DNA of 64,000 bases from Azolla caroliniana (Eukaryota; Plantae; Polypodiophyta). Within the stretch, counting starts at the first letter, position 1. Each line of letters opens with the position of its first letter. The position numbers were made by a program, and so were the translations under genes. The stretch spans positions 2,976,001 to 3,040,000 of the forward strand of contig JBHGNT010000003.1 in the NCBI GenBank assembly GCA_043228905.1, written 5' to 3'. This document shows, piece by piece, positions 48,501 to 61,563 of this stretch. The notes beneath the pieces are model-generated. The model was not told the DNA's origin. It did not search any database and saw only the letters and a program-made list of their open reading frames with translations.

Positions 48501-50480
48501 CAGGATTGTGGTGAAGGGGTTCCAGCAGAAGAAGGGCGTCGACTTCGACGAGATATTTGCCCTGGTAGTCAAGATGACTTCCATCTGAACGGTGCTGAGT
48601 ATTGCAGCAAGAATGGACCTCAAGGTAGAGCAGCTGGACGTGAAGACGGCATTCCTTCAGGGTGACCTCGACGAGGAGATCTACATGCAGCAACCGGAAG
48701 TCTTTGTGAAGGAAGGGAAGGAGCACCTGGTATGCCGGCTGAAGAAGAGCCTCTACGGTTTGAAGCAGGCTCCCCGGCAATGGTACCGGAAGTTCGACTC
48801 CTTCATGACCGACGAAGGATACCACAAAACACAGGCCAATCACTGTGTGTTTGTGAAGAAGTTCGAAGGGGGAGACTTCCTAATACTCCTCCTGTATGTG
48901 GACAACATGTTGATTGTCAAACGGGACCAAGCGAAGATACAGATGCTGAAGAGGGCCCTTAACCGGACCTTCTTAATGAAAGACTTGGGTCCGGCGAGAC
49001 AAATATTGGGGATGCACATCATCCGGGACCGGAAGTGGAAGCAGTTGTGGCTGTCACAGGAGAGATACGTGACAAAGGTGCTTCAATGGTTCAACATGTC
49101 GGAAGCAAAACCGGTCGGATCGACCCTCCCTGCAAACTGCAGACTGTCTAGTAAGCAAAGTCCCAGGACGAAGGTAGAGAAGGCGGACATGATGAAGATC
49201 CCGTATGCCTCTGCCGTCGGGAGCTTAATGTACGCAATGGTGTGTACCCGACCGGACATCGGATACACAGTCGGAGTGGTGAGCCGGTACATGAGCAATC
49301 CCAGCAAGGAGCACTGGAACGCAGTAAAGTGGATACTCCGGTACTTAAAGGGCACTTCAGATATGTGCCTCCGATTCGGCTCCGGTAAACCCCACCTCGA
49401 CGGATTTACCGACTCAGACATGTCGGCTGATGTGGACACCAGCCGGTCCACATCCGGGTATGTAATGACATACGTCGGGGGAGCTGTCTCGTGGCAGTCG
49501 AGGCTGCAGAAGACAGTTGCGCTGTCAACCACGGAGGCGGAGTACATGGCAGCTGTCGAGGCCGGCAAGGAGATCTTATGGATGAAGAACTTCATTGGAG
49601 AACTCGGTATCCGACAGGAGGATTACCGGCTCTACTGCGACAGTCAGAGTGCCATCCACCTTGCGAAGAACGTGGCCTACCATTCCCGGACAAAGCACAT
49701 CCAGCGCAGGTATCACTGGATCCGAGAAAGGGTAGAAGACAAGGAGTTCGTGCTAACGAAGATCGACACGGACGAGAACGGGTCAGATATGCTAACCAAA
49801 GTGCTGACACCCGACAAGCTGGAGACTTGCCGAAGGCGGATCGGTTTGGATAGACATCCCATGCTGAAGTGAAGGGGGAGTTTGTTGGGATTTCGGTCCC
49901 TCCGGATGGGATGTTCGGAACCAGACCAGCAAGACCCGGAGAGCGCCGGATGAGGAGTACCCGGTATTGCCGGATGACGAAGGCCCGGTGAGCAGTGCTC
50001 ACCGGATGAAGGGACATATTTGTAAATATGTTCTTGAGAGCCCTTTGGGGCTACATTTGTAAATATCCCGAAAGTCATATTAGTATAAATATGACTTAGG
50101 GCAAACTTTATGTGGTGCTACTCATTAGTGTTGCAAGAGAGTCATTGCTCATTGCAACTGTGTACAGAGAGAGTCAGTGTGAGAGGAAGAGGTCATTGCC
50201 TCTGTTGTAGCTGCCGCAAGGCGAAGAGAGAGAGAGAGAGAGAGAGAGGTTGAGGTCGTTGCCTCCGAGTCTTCATTTTCTTGTAGTTCCTTACATATAC
50301 TGATAGTTAGCAGTTGTGGGTTGCCGTGGTTTTCTCCTTATTTGGGTTTCCACGTTAACATCCTGAGTCACCTCTGTGTATCTTCGTTTTTCACATTTTT
50401 CTGTCTCTGTTTTTTGTTTGAGGTTGTGTTTGGGACTCGGTTGTGGCCGAGCGTCGTTTCCACGCGAGATTTGTGCAACA
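45109..50480 (+). mobile_element. Structurally complete Ty1/copia (Tnt1/Tork-like) retrotransposon, gag-pol inactivated
   Basis: LTRs 45109-45800 and 49883-50480 (TG...CA), TSD CTTTC, PBS TGGTATCAGAGC 45803-45814, PPT GAAGGGGGAG 49871-49880. Gag-PR-IN-RT-RH order across 45830-49872, with stops at 46459-46461 and 48586-48588 and frameshifts. Confidence 0.97.
45830..49872 (+). pseudogene. copia gag-pol polyprotein (disrupted)
   Basis: WKIKMEDLL, CFHCGKPGHF, WVVDSGASFH, LWHKRLCH, DNGGEY, NGLAERMNRT, YKARIVVKGF, QLDVKTAFL, LYGLKQAPRQW, LYVDNML, STTEAEY, RTKHI. Confidence 0.95.
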
Positions 50481-51212
50481 CTTTCAGTCTCTGGTGCTTG
50501 GCTATTCGTGCGTCAAGTGGTTGTTGGAGTTCAACTTCCTGTTTTGTTGCCTGCTTGCGGATTTTGTCGGTTTCCTCTTTGGCCGCACGGTAGTGCTCTT
50601 TGGCCTTCTCGGTGAGTGCCGCTTGAATAGCGAGCTCTTCTTTGTAGTTCAGAGGAGGGACTGCAACTGTTTCTGGAGTTAGGGTTGTGTGGTTTTCGGT
50701 GGTTGGCATCGATTCGGTTGTGTCCTTGGTCTGGGTGGACACATCCACATGGTTAGGAATAGGGGTTTGGTTTTCCTAATGTCTTTGAGTCATTGTTCAA
50801 TCTCAGGCAGGTGGCTTTCCGAAGCCTTCTATAGTGTTGTGGCCGTTTTGGCCTGTTTGCACGCATGTTTGCTATTGACAGCCATATCTTTAGCGGCGCG
50901 GGTCGTCTTGTCCAGTTCTCGGTAAGCTTTGACCAGGGCCGTGTTGAGCTTAGGTAGCTCAATCCATACGTGAAGGGTCTTAGTTTGTTGTTTTTGCCCG
51001 ATTTTCTGCAATTGTGGCTCCTTGTCTGATTCGAGCTCATTGGCAAGCGCCCGTTGGGCCATTTGTGCCTTGGCGTGTTCTTGGGCCATACATGCTGCTG
51101 CGACAACCTGGAGGTGAGAGAGAAAGTCAATTAGCTTGTACACCGTGTCATGTTGTAAGATCACACCGAGCTCATAGGCTTTGGCAAGCATATCCCTGAA
51201 TGTCAACACTTT

Positions 51213-52222
51213 TGATAGAAATAGTGCTCAACCACAACCGAGTCTCAATCACTCAATGGAAGAAACAAAAAAACAAAAATAAGATGACACAAAATATTAA
51301 TGTGGAAAACCCTAATCAGGTAAAACCATGGGAGCCCACAAAGTCCGAACTATATCAGATAGAGAACAATTACAATGGGAAACTCAGAGGCAACGACCTC
51401 GAGCTTTTCCTTTTGCCAACTGGCGGTTACAACTATTATCAGCTAGGGTAAACACGGCCTACCCTCGATCCTTTAGGGTATGGCTCAAGAAGATTTATGG
51501 TGCAAGGAATGGAGAGTGTATACAAGCTATTCGCAAATGGTTGTGAGCGTAGTGCGGAGCATGGCGTAAGATTAGTGCGGAGCGTGACGTAAGATTAGGG
51601 GTATACGCACCAGAGAGAGACATAGTGATTCGGAGCAACAAAACTATATTCAGAGATTACCCAAAATTCTACGCTAGTGTTTACAAGTTTCCCATGCCCT
51701 TTATATACAAGGTCATGGTCAGTTACGCTTGGAGCGTGAACCGTTATAGGCGTTCTTAATGCTTCATTCTATACCTACGCCCTCATAATTACGCTACGGT
51801 TGTTTCTGACTCCACGCCTTCCTTTTCTTCCACCTTTTCCCATTAGGTCGTCTTAGGTGGACAACAACAACAGAAATGACTTTCTGTATCTCTCTCCCTC
51901 TCCCTCTCCCTCTCTTTGTCTCTCTCTGTACAACAATACAACAACCACTAATGATAACAACAATAAACAATAGTATTGCCCTATTTATATTTATACTTAT
52001 ATAACTTTGGGGTTATTTACAAATATGACCTCAAATAGTCACATGGGAACATATACATATACTAATGTGTCTGGCCAGATAACAACCGAATCCATTCGAT
52101 CCGGTTTCCGGATATCTTCTGGATCCATCTAGTACAGTTTCTTCAGCTCATCCGATCCGGCTTGTCCTTTTCTCTTCCGGATCCCATTAGGAGGGACTGA
52201 ATTTCCAACAAACTCCCCCTTC
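51213..52222 (-). mobile_element. copia-family 3' LTR plus PPT, containing a nested solo LTR
   Basis: Shares GTGGAAAACCC and GGAGGGAC..ATTTCCAACA motifs with the other LTRs of this family. CTCCCCCTTC (PPT on the minus strand) follows 52210. Confidence 0.8.
51434..51866. mobile_element. Solo LTR nested in an LTR
   Basis: TSD ACAAC (51429-51433, 51867-51871). Termini TATTATC (decayed TGTTGTC)...GACAACA. Confidence 0.75.
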
Positions 52223-52259
52223 ACTCCGGCATGGGATGACTTGTTAATCTTATATTATA

Positions 52260-54440
52260 AACTAGTTCGTCAGCTTCGATACGCATGTTTTTGTCAAATA
52301 GGTACTATTTGAAGGCTCTGGAGGTATATTCACCTTTATTGTCAAATCGAAGTGTCTTCACTCTGTATTCCGACCAGTTCTCCATTCCAGATATACATTA
52401 AGTGAAGACCTCGAGCACTTCGTCTTTGGACCTGATGGAGTAGGCCCAAACTTTCCGTGTACAATCATCTACAAAAGTGATGAATTACCGGGACCCTCCT
52501 CGCGATCGCTTTGGCATGGGCACACATATATCTATGTGCACAAGCTCTAGGGGTTGTCATACCATCTTGTAGTGGAGAGAGTGCGGACTTTGGGTATGTT
52601 TCCCGTATATTTGTGTGCATAAACTCTAGGGGTTGTCGTATTGTCTTTACTTGAAGTTTCGGGATGTAGCTTACCGCCATCAACCAATTAAGTCTAGCTT
52701 TAGACATATGGCCACGTTGGCCATGCCATAGGTTTGGGTCGGTCTTTTCAACTACATTCACGACCCCTTCTGGATTGATTGCCATCAATAGGTACAAGTT
52801 ATTGTACTTGTGCCCACTCTCGATTTTAAGGTTTCCTCGGTTGATCATCCATACCGACTCACGTAGAGTCATTCAATACCTATCTTCAACTAAAATGCTG
52901 ATGGAGACCAAAATCCTTTTCAAATCGGGTACATGCCGGACTTGGTGTAGGATTATTGTGTTACCATCAAACAATTGAATTGGTACTTCGCCAACTCCTA
53001 CTATTCTGCACTCCTGCCCATTGCCTAGTTGGATTGTGTCATTGGCGCCGTCCGAATAGTTTGAAAACCATTCAATATTGTGGTTACGTGAAATGTGGCA
53101 CCAGAGTCTAGTAACCACGTGTGTACATCTTGTGCATTGTAGAGGACTTCTCCAATCATCAAGTCCTCTAAGGAGAGAATTTCCCCTGATTTGGTGTCGA
53201 CAACGTTGATTTTGTTGCTGATTGGAGAGTGGTCTGAGTCAGGTTGTCCTCGATTTCGCTCAGATTGCTGACCACTCTCTTCTCTCTTGATTGACCAAAA
53301 ATCGAAAACATTATGGCCAGCTTTTCTGTAATGTGTGTAGAATTCACCTGATTGGACCGTTCTCAACTTCGATCGTTGTTGGTCTCCCCTCGATTTGGAT
53401 CGACTATAGTGTCAATCGACTCTGTTGACCTTATCTTTAGATCGACATTGTTGATTAGCCTATTCGGTTGAGTGATGGGCTTTTGTCGACTCGTGGATGG
53501 TGAGTCCCATCGATTTTCGCCGAATGTCCTCAGTGCGGACTTGGACAATCATCTCATCCAGATTTAGGATCGGTCAACTATTGGCATAGGTCATGCAAAC
53601 TATCCCCCAACTCACTGGCAAACTCAATAGGAGGGCAAGGGCTTTGACTTCTTCTTCGAAGTTGATACCTTGTGAGGAGAGTTCTGACAACACTCGCCTG
53701 AAGGTGTTGATGTGGGAGGTAGCCAGATCGGTCTCTCTCATCTTCATGTTGAACAATTGTTTGATCAAAATCAATTTTGAATATGAGGACTTTTTCTCAT
53801 ACACTGCTTGTTGCTTCTCCCACAATGAGAACATTGTTGTCTCTTTTGCATACTGAAGTAGACGTTTTCGGCTAGGTGCATTCGGATGGTAGAGCGTGTG
53901 ATTTCGTCCATCGATCTCCACTCTTCCAATAACATTGAAGCAGGCTTTTCACTGTGTCGAATGGCTTTGATCTATCTTTGAATGATCAAAATGTCCTGCA
54001 TCATCTCCTTCCATAGGGCAAAGTTTTTGCTGTCAAATTTTCAAATCTCAACTCCTGTACCGGATGTTGATGTCATGGTTCTTTTGGGAAGTGAGATTTA
54101 CTAACCTGTTTTTTCTTTTCTCCTTTCAACCTTTTTGTTGTTTGTTGCCACCGAACCACAAGTCGCTCTGATACCAATTGATGTACGAATGTTCATGGAA
54201 ACATATGTGTGAGGACCTATCATAGTGTTCAGCAAACAACACAGAAGGGAGGCAAAGATATAAACAAATGATAGACACAGTTGAAGCTTTAATGGAAGCT
54301 CTCGTTATTTCTGTTTTCTCTCTCACACTCAAAGACTTGATGTACAAGATGATCAAGGTTTCATCTCTATTACAATGTTAGGTTGTCACTTATATACTAA
54401 GCCCTAACTCTTTAGACGAGTTCACACTAGTATACAAAGT
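52260..54440 (-). mobile_element. Degenerate Ty1/copia (gag, PR, pre-integrase/integrase, PBS, LTR start)
   Basis: Gag 53574-53921, WLLDSGATFH (53025-53366), LWHGQRGHMS (52465-52872). PBS GCTCTGATACCA at 54165-54176; LTR begins 54179. Confidence 0.85.
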
Positions 54441-54444
54441 GGAA

Positions 54445-55120
54445 GGTGTCGGCCTTTTATGGCAATAGTATCCGAGGAATATGCATGGTCAGAATTTCGA
54501 ATTTAATCTCCCTCGCTTTTCCTTTGCTACATGCTCGTAAGCTAGACACCCGAACACCTTCATATGTCGGTAAGACACGTTTTTACCGGTCCATACTCTC
54601 TATTGTGTGTCTCGTTCCAAGGGTACTGAGGGTGATCGATTTTTCACATAGGTCACCGTGATCAGTGCCTCAAACCAAAACGTCTTGGGTAACTTGGCAT
54701 GTGCCAACATACTCCAGACTCTCTCCATTATGGTCCGGTTCATCCTTTTAGCCAATCCGTTCAGTTCCGGCATCTTCGGCATGGTAAATTCGACCCGGAT
54801 TCCATTTGACCAACAGTATTCTTCGAACTACCCCTGGTACTCTCCAACGTTCTTGGCTTGAACTACCTCCAGCTTCCAACCGGTTTCTCTCTGCACTCTT
54901 GCGTGGAACTCCTTGAAGACTATCAGTACATGATCCTTCATCTTCAACGATGAGACCGACAGATTTCGGCTATGGTCATCTACAAATGTCACGGAATACT
55001 ACGATCTGGCATATGACTTTGTGTCCACTTGGCATACATCAGTAGGCACAAGATCCAATGGTGCATTCCATCTCATCGGTGGTCTTGTCCGGAAAGAGGT
55101 TCGGTTTTGCTTGCTGGCTA
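54445..55120 (-). mobile_element. copia integrase fragment
   Basis: PELNGLAKRMNRTIMERVWSMLAHAKLPKTFW (54600-54782). Confidence 0.85.
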
Positions 55121-55121
55121 T

Positions 55122-55951
55122 TGAGAATCAAACTCAACTTCCCATAGGGACAGTGTTCACACTAGTTAGTGGACAACTTACTATGATAGATTTGTAATAA
55201 TTAGTAGAAAGGGCATTTGCCCTAGACTAGTTGGTATTTAAACCAACTTTTTGTAACTTAGTTTGAAGTTGGATGTAATATACACTTTTCTTGTCCTAAG
55301 GTCTCTCTCACTAAATCTCTCTCTGTCTATTGCTTCACTCACACACAAAGCTCACTTCTGCTCACTTCTCCATCGAGAGCGAGCTAGCCATTCCTCTGTC
55401 CATTCTAACCTTATGTTTTCTGTTCTCTACCGGATATTAGGGTTCGTCTTCAAAGCACTTGTCGGCTGTAGAGGTTCTCAACCCTCGTGCTATAATACCA
55501 TGTGAAAGTAAATATGTGGAAGCTAAGACAACATCAGCTTCGCCGGATTGCAATAGAATACGGACACAGGTTTAATGAAAAACATACACACATAGTACAC
55601 GGGAGAGACAGAGTTAGAGCAGAACACAAAAAACATGTATATTTCAAAAACCTAAAAACTCTTTGTACATACAATGTGCTCCACAACACTATTTATACAA
55701 GTCCTTTAAAGGACTGACTAAAGTACTGACATGTACCTCAATGCTCATACGAGCGATTGACACTAACTCCACAAAATATGCCTACGTACTAAGCTAGATT
55801 CGTAGGCCTCCAACGGCCTCCTGGTTCATACCAATCCGGATTACAATCCGGCTCCTTGTTCAGGATACCAATCTAGTACTTTGATTTGGATACCGATCCA
55901 GGTTTGGCTTACTTAGCCAATCCGGATCCGATTGAGCTTGTCCACTCAACA
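55122..55951. mobile_element. Two adjacent LTR-like remnants (55122-55500; 55501-55951, minus)
   Basis: The reverse complement of 55501-55951 is homologous to the LTR starting at 60176 (TGTTGAG.G..CAAGCTCAA; GAGCATT...CAGTACTT...GGACTTGTATA). The first piece has TATA-like and (CT)n LTR features. No TSDs found. Confidence 0.5.
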
Positions 55952-55954
55952 ATA

Positions 55955-58900
55955 AGGGACTTTTGACATCTCAACCTTCTCGGATTTCAAATTTGGACTC
56001 TGGTCTTTGCTTAGCATGCAATTTGTCGGTAGTGTCAAGCCGACCAGTTTTGCGCTTTCCATGCCAAATCTCTAGAACACCTTTGTCAAGTACTTCTCTT
56101 GTGACGGCCACAAGAATTTCTTTGTTCGGTCTCAGACAATGTGCATCCTCGGGATTTGCTTTGCCGAACCTATATCCTTCATCAAGAATGACCTACTCAA
56201 GGCCTTCTTCAAAGCTCAGATCTTGGTATGGTCTCATCCGACTATTGCCATGTCGTCCATGTACAGTAGGAGTATGAGGAAATCTCCTCAATCGAACTTC
56301 ATCACAAACATGCAGTGATCGGCCTGCGTTTTATGGTACCTGTTGTCGGTCATGAAGGATTCAAATTTTCGATACCTTTTGTTGAGGTGCTTGCTTCAAC
56401 CCATATAAGCTCTTCTTCAATCAGCATACCAGGTTTTCTTTACCTTTCTCTCTCCACGAATCCTTCCGGCTGGTGCATGTATATTTCCTCATCGAGGTCA
56501 CCATGCAAGAACGTCATCTTGACATCCAATTCTTCTACTTTGAGGTCCATGTTGGCTGTTATGCTCAACACCATTCAATTGGATGTCATTTTCACCATTG
56601 CGGCAAATAACTTGTCGAAATCCACTCCTTTCTTCTATTGGAAGCCCTTTACGACGATTCGGGCTTTGTATCTTGGTGGATTCTCGCCATCTCCCGGTTT
56701 CAACTTATATACCCACTTATTCCAGAGTGCCCTTTTCCCTCTCAGCAACTCAGTCAATCTGTATGTGTGGCTCTCATGCAAGGAATCCATCTCTTCTTGC
56801 ATGGCACTTAACCACTCTCGGTTGTGGGCATCATTCTTAGCTTCTTCGAAACTTTCTGGCTCCCCCTCACCGGTTAACAACACATTCACTATCCAGAAAT
56901 CTCCGGGGGGGCCTCCTCTCTCTAAGGGGATATCTTCGACCTCCATTCGGCATAATCGATTCTTCTTCGACTTCTTTGGCCGAGTTGGATTCGGTTCCTT
57001 GTTTGTCCGGATCCCCTTGATCTTTAGTTGGTTCTCGATTTCGCCAAGTATTAGATCGGCCGACTAGCTCGGACTCGATTTCAATTTAGTCGACTTCTAC
57101 TCGATTTGGCCGAGCATCGACTTAGCTTGATTCGGTAGTTGGAGACTTATTCTCAATCTCCCAATCGACTATCATCTTTTCTTCCATGAAGATGAGGACT
57201 CGATTCCTAATCACCTTCTTCTCATCCAAGTCCAATAGGTGATTGCCAAATTCCTCGTCGTCGTAGCCGAGATTTTGGGTCAAGATTTCCCCTCTAGTCC
57301 TTTGCCACATGCACATAGGCAAGAAAGCCGAACACCCTCAAATGCTAGTATGAGATGTCTTTGCCACTCGACACCCTTTGTGGAATATCACTGTCCAAGG
57401 GTACTAAGGGTGATCAGTTTATCACATACATTGTCGTCATCAACGCCTCAACCCAGAACATCTTTGGTAACTTTGCATGTGCAAGCATACTTTGGACCCT
57501 CTCCATTACAGTCTGGTTCATCCTCTCAGCCAACCCGTTAAGCTCTGGGGTCTTTGGCACAATATATTCCAGCCGGATTCCCTGCGCTCGGAAATATTCT
57601 TCGAACGGTCCGCGGTACTCTCTGCCATTATCCGCTCGAACTACCTTCACTTTTCAACCAGTTTCACTCTTGGCCCTCGCTTGGAACTCTTTGAAGACGG
57701 CTAACACCTGGTCCTTCATCTTCAACACGAAAGCCCCCAACTTCCAATTACAATTGTCTATGAAGGTCATGAAATACTGTGAACCAGCATGCGACTTTGT
57801 ATCTACGTACCATACATCCGTATGCATGAGTTCCAACAGCATTTTCTTCCTCATCGAGGGCCTTGATTAGAAGGAGGTTCTATTTTGCTTGCCATCCAAG
57901 CAATTGGTTCACTTCTCGAGTTGCACGTTTTTCATCTCCGATATGAGATTTTCCTCGGCAAGTTTTGGCATCCCTTCTAGCTCATGTGGCATAGCCGCTT
58001 GTGCCATAACTCACCTGTTGTGTCAGCTACCACATTTACTTCCCCTCGGCATAATCGAGCATGCATCACATAGAGTGTGCTGGTTTTCTAGGCTCGAGCC
58101 ACAATCAAGCTTCCTTTGCAGAACTTCATGATGTCGTTCCGTACGCTACCCGTGTAGCCTTTGTCATCCAGCTGATCGGCTAATATTAGGTTCAGTCGAA
58201 CCTCCGGAATGTGTCAGACATCCTTCAACACTAATCGGCACCCAGTCGATGTCAATAGACACACATCTCCTATACCGACAATTCGGCATGCTCCTTCATT
58301 TCCCATCTTTACAGATCCGATATTTCTAGCTCTATAAGATGAGAAGCATTTCCGGTCAGGGGTTAGGTGAAAAGACGCACCCGAATCGACCACCCATGTC
58401 GATTCATCGCTGACAAGGTTCACTTCGTTCTACTCACTGATGAGCGGCAACTCGTCCTCGCTTGTTGCGATTGCCGAGATGTTCTTGCTATCTGAAATCT
58501 TTTTTGGTTGCACAACATTGGCTCCCTGTTTTTCCTTTCAAAAATGTCTACAATTCTTTTGGAAGTGCCCCAGCTTCCCACAATAGAAGCAAGTAGGCCT
58601 TCCCCTTGACTTCAACCTCGTCTCTGACTTATCTCGATTTTGGGGACTTCGATTTCGGCCTCTTCCTCTATTCATGTCACTTTTCGTGACAAGGGCCTTC
58701 AGGTCGGTATTGGACTCTCAATCCTTCCAGCGAGCTTCCTCATTCAATCAACTCGAGTTCACTTGCTCTAAGGATAAATGCTTCCCTTCCAATCCGGTGT
58801 TGCCCAATGTGACAATGAGCGTTTCCCAACTATCCGAAAGGGATCCCAGCAACAATAATGTTAATACATGGTCAGCTAGAGGTACTTCTAGAGAGGTGGT

Positions 58901-59903
58901 TTGGTTCATCAGTCCTTCGAAGGCATTAATGTGATCCGCCATGCTGGAGCCATCCTGATAACTCAGTCTTACAATCTTTCGAAAGACTGATACTCTGTTA
59001 ACGACGTTTTTGTTTTCGAACATTACACCTATCTTCTTCCATAGGACATCCGCTTCTGTTTCTTCACCAAAGTTTTTGTATAGACTCATGTCTATAAAAC
59101 ACCTTATATATGCAGCCGCCTTCAGATGCAACACTTCCAAAGTCGCTACATTGATCTTGTCTGGCCTTTTATCTCCGAATTGCACCAGTAGCTAGAGGTC
59201 TTTGCACACGAGCATGTCTCTCATCTTTGACTTCCACACTGAGTAGTTGGAGCCGGTTAACTTGAACATGCCGCGAATGAGTCTTCCATCGCTCTGATGC
59301 CACTTTGATGAGAATCGATCGGCCACAACTGGTTACTCGTTTACGTATTCAGGTGCAAAATGAAAAATGATAGTGCACAAACATCAAGAAAATAGAAAGT
59401 AATGGGATAAAGTGACACCGGATGTTTTACGTGGAAAACCCAAAAGGGAAAAAACCATGGGGGTCCATAAAACCCAAGAAACAGAATCACTATAATGAGA
59501 GGAGAAGCACAATAAGAAACTCAGAGGCAATGACCTCGACATCTTCTTTGTTAATAGATCGACAATTGCAAAGTTACTACTCTCTCTCTCTATCTATCTC
59601 TCTCTCTCTCTCTCTTACACAGTTACAAAGGCAACTACCTTCTTTAACGATGTAACAATGGTCACAACTACCCTATCATAAAGTTTGCCCTAGTTGTTTA
59701 TATATTGAAACAACTTTCAGGTTATTTACAAAATATAGCCCACAACGGGAACACTTAGACTATTTACAATTATAGCCCCTCAAATCAGTCATAAATCGAT
59801 TTTCGGTTTCGGTTTCGGTTTCGGCCTCGGTCGAGCATCCCACTTACTCCATCCGATTCAGTTTGTACTCTCCTTCCCATTTGGAGGGACCTATTTCCCA
59901 ACA
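55955..59903 (-). mobile_element. Degenerate Ty1/copia (Tnt1/Tork-like), 5' LTR to RT
   Basis: LTR 59306-59903, PBS GCTCTGATGCCA 59291-59302, gag 58748-59185, PR WVVDSGASFH, IN DNGREY/NGLAERMN, RT YKARIVVKGF (56635-56946). Confidence 0.9.
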
Positions 59904-60560
59904 ACGAATACTATGAAGGCCATTGGACAAGGAGGCAGCCGAAGACGACGTCGATACAGAGGAACTGATAGGTCGAGGGGCACTAGTACCACGACAACGA
60001 TAGAGCTGAGAAGGTCCTGAAGAGTAGATGCACCGACCATAGGAGCGTTGGACCAAAGGGGTCGAGGAACATGGGACCAGACCGGACAAGGAGTGTGAGC
60101 AAGGCGTGAAGACGATAGGAGGAGCCGGCAGATACTGACACAAAGAGCCAACCTTGAGTTGAGCTTGAGGGGGAGTGTTGAGCGAGCAAGCTCAACATGG
60201 GTCAGATCGGCTGAAGAAGCCGAGAGCTGGATCAGATGGAGACCGATCGATGAGGCCCTGATCGGCTTAATAAGTCGGGAATCAGAAGGTCGTTGGACCG
60301 ATATTCCTCGAAGGAATAATTTTGGGAGTCAATGTCAATAGCTCACTTATGAGCATTAAAGTACTTGTCAGTACTTCTATCAGTCCGTTAAGGACTTGTA
60401 TAGAAAGTGCTCACTGAGCACATTGTATGTATAGAGCACCATTATTTTGAATGGAGTTTTTGTTGTATGCACTATTTGTCTCTCTGGCCTTAGAAGACAT
60501 TAATATTTCTTTCTTTCTTTCTTTCTCTCTCCGTATTGTGTGTCTCCATTCTTTGTGTAT
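59904..60560 (+). mobile_element. LTR element 3' end (PPT plus LTR remnant)
   Basis: GAGGGGGAG immediately before TGTTGAGCG at 60176; same family as 55501-55951. Confidence 0.6.
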
Positions 60561-60679
60561 ACCTAATTGTTGTAGTGTCAAATAACCAACTATGTACTCT
60601 ATTTCGCATAAACTTTCGCATGTAATCTTTTACAAACACTATGGTTAGGAAGACAGTTGACCTATAAATGGCTTCGTAT

Positions 60680-60970
60680 ATGCGGATGTGAAGCTTGTGC
60701 ATTCATCCCATGGGAGAAAGGGACGAAGTTGGCGCCCCATTCAATGAAATGTATATTTCTCAATTATGGAACTGATGAGGAATTTAGTTATTGGCTATGG
60801 GGACCCGGAGAACCGGAAATTGATCCGGAGTGGTGATGTGGTCTTCAATGAAGACTCAATCCTCTCCAACCAATCCCAGCCGAACATTGGGAAAAAAGTC
60901 ACATTCAATCTTTCAGACAAAGAATCTGAAGCGGACATGTCGATTACCAAACACGAATCGGCCATCTAAC
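60680..60970 (+). mobile_element. copia post-integrase fragment
   Basis: KCIFLNYG and RKLIRSGDVVFNE motifs. Confidence 0.7.
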
Positions 60971-61563
60971 AAAATGCCAAAACTGAAGCGGCAAAAGGTC
61001 CAACAACTGACTCCAAATCGGCTAGAAATTTGATCAGAGCCGAACTAGCTAGGATGTCACATGGACGACCCAAATAGCCAAGGCATCTACTAACTTGTCA
61101 ATTCCCAAGGAAGAAGAGGTGGATCTTACACCAACGCAAGAAAAATGCTAATATAAAAAGTATGGACAAGTGGGAAAATGAAGCCACAAGACTATTTCTT
61201 TCATAGAAGGTAGGCATAATGATTATGTAGGAATGTAACTACTCTAACTTGAAACTCATGATAGCGATAGAACATGCATCATTCCCATAGTGATTGAGAG
61301 TCCACATTGTGAAAATAGGAAAGTTGCATGTAAGGACAAAATCAAATTATGTTTGGTAAATAAATGTGAATCTCGTTGAAGGCAAAGCATGGTATCAAAC
61401 TATGATATTGGGAGTTAATAAAGTTATTCAAACAAAAATATGCATAGACATGTGGATGCTAGACAATCTTTATCATTTGAATATTGACAAATCCACATAC
61501 ACATGTCTATGTTATCCATATATTAGTATAATATTTAAAGCTGGAATAAACCAGAATTGGGAT

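Larger units (their letters stand above)
43130..51210 (+). mobile_element. Probable Ty3/gypsy (Tat-like) 5' LTR plus PBS, followed by a decayed antisense coiled-coil ORF; split by a copia insertion
   Basis: TG..(43130)...TAACA (43651) then CTAGTACGCCTATGGGAC (tRNA-Arg PBS-like). Minus-strand E/K/Q/A-rich ORF pieces at 50829-51209, 50486-50748, ~44290-45108 and 43768-44291 are continuous across the copia TSD. Confidence 0.5.
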
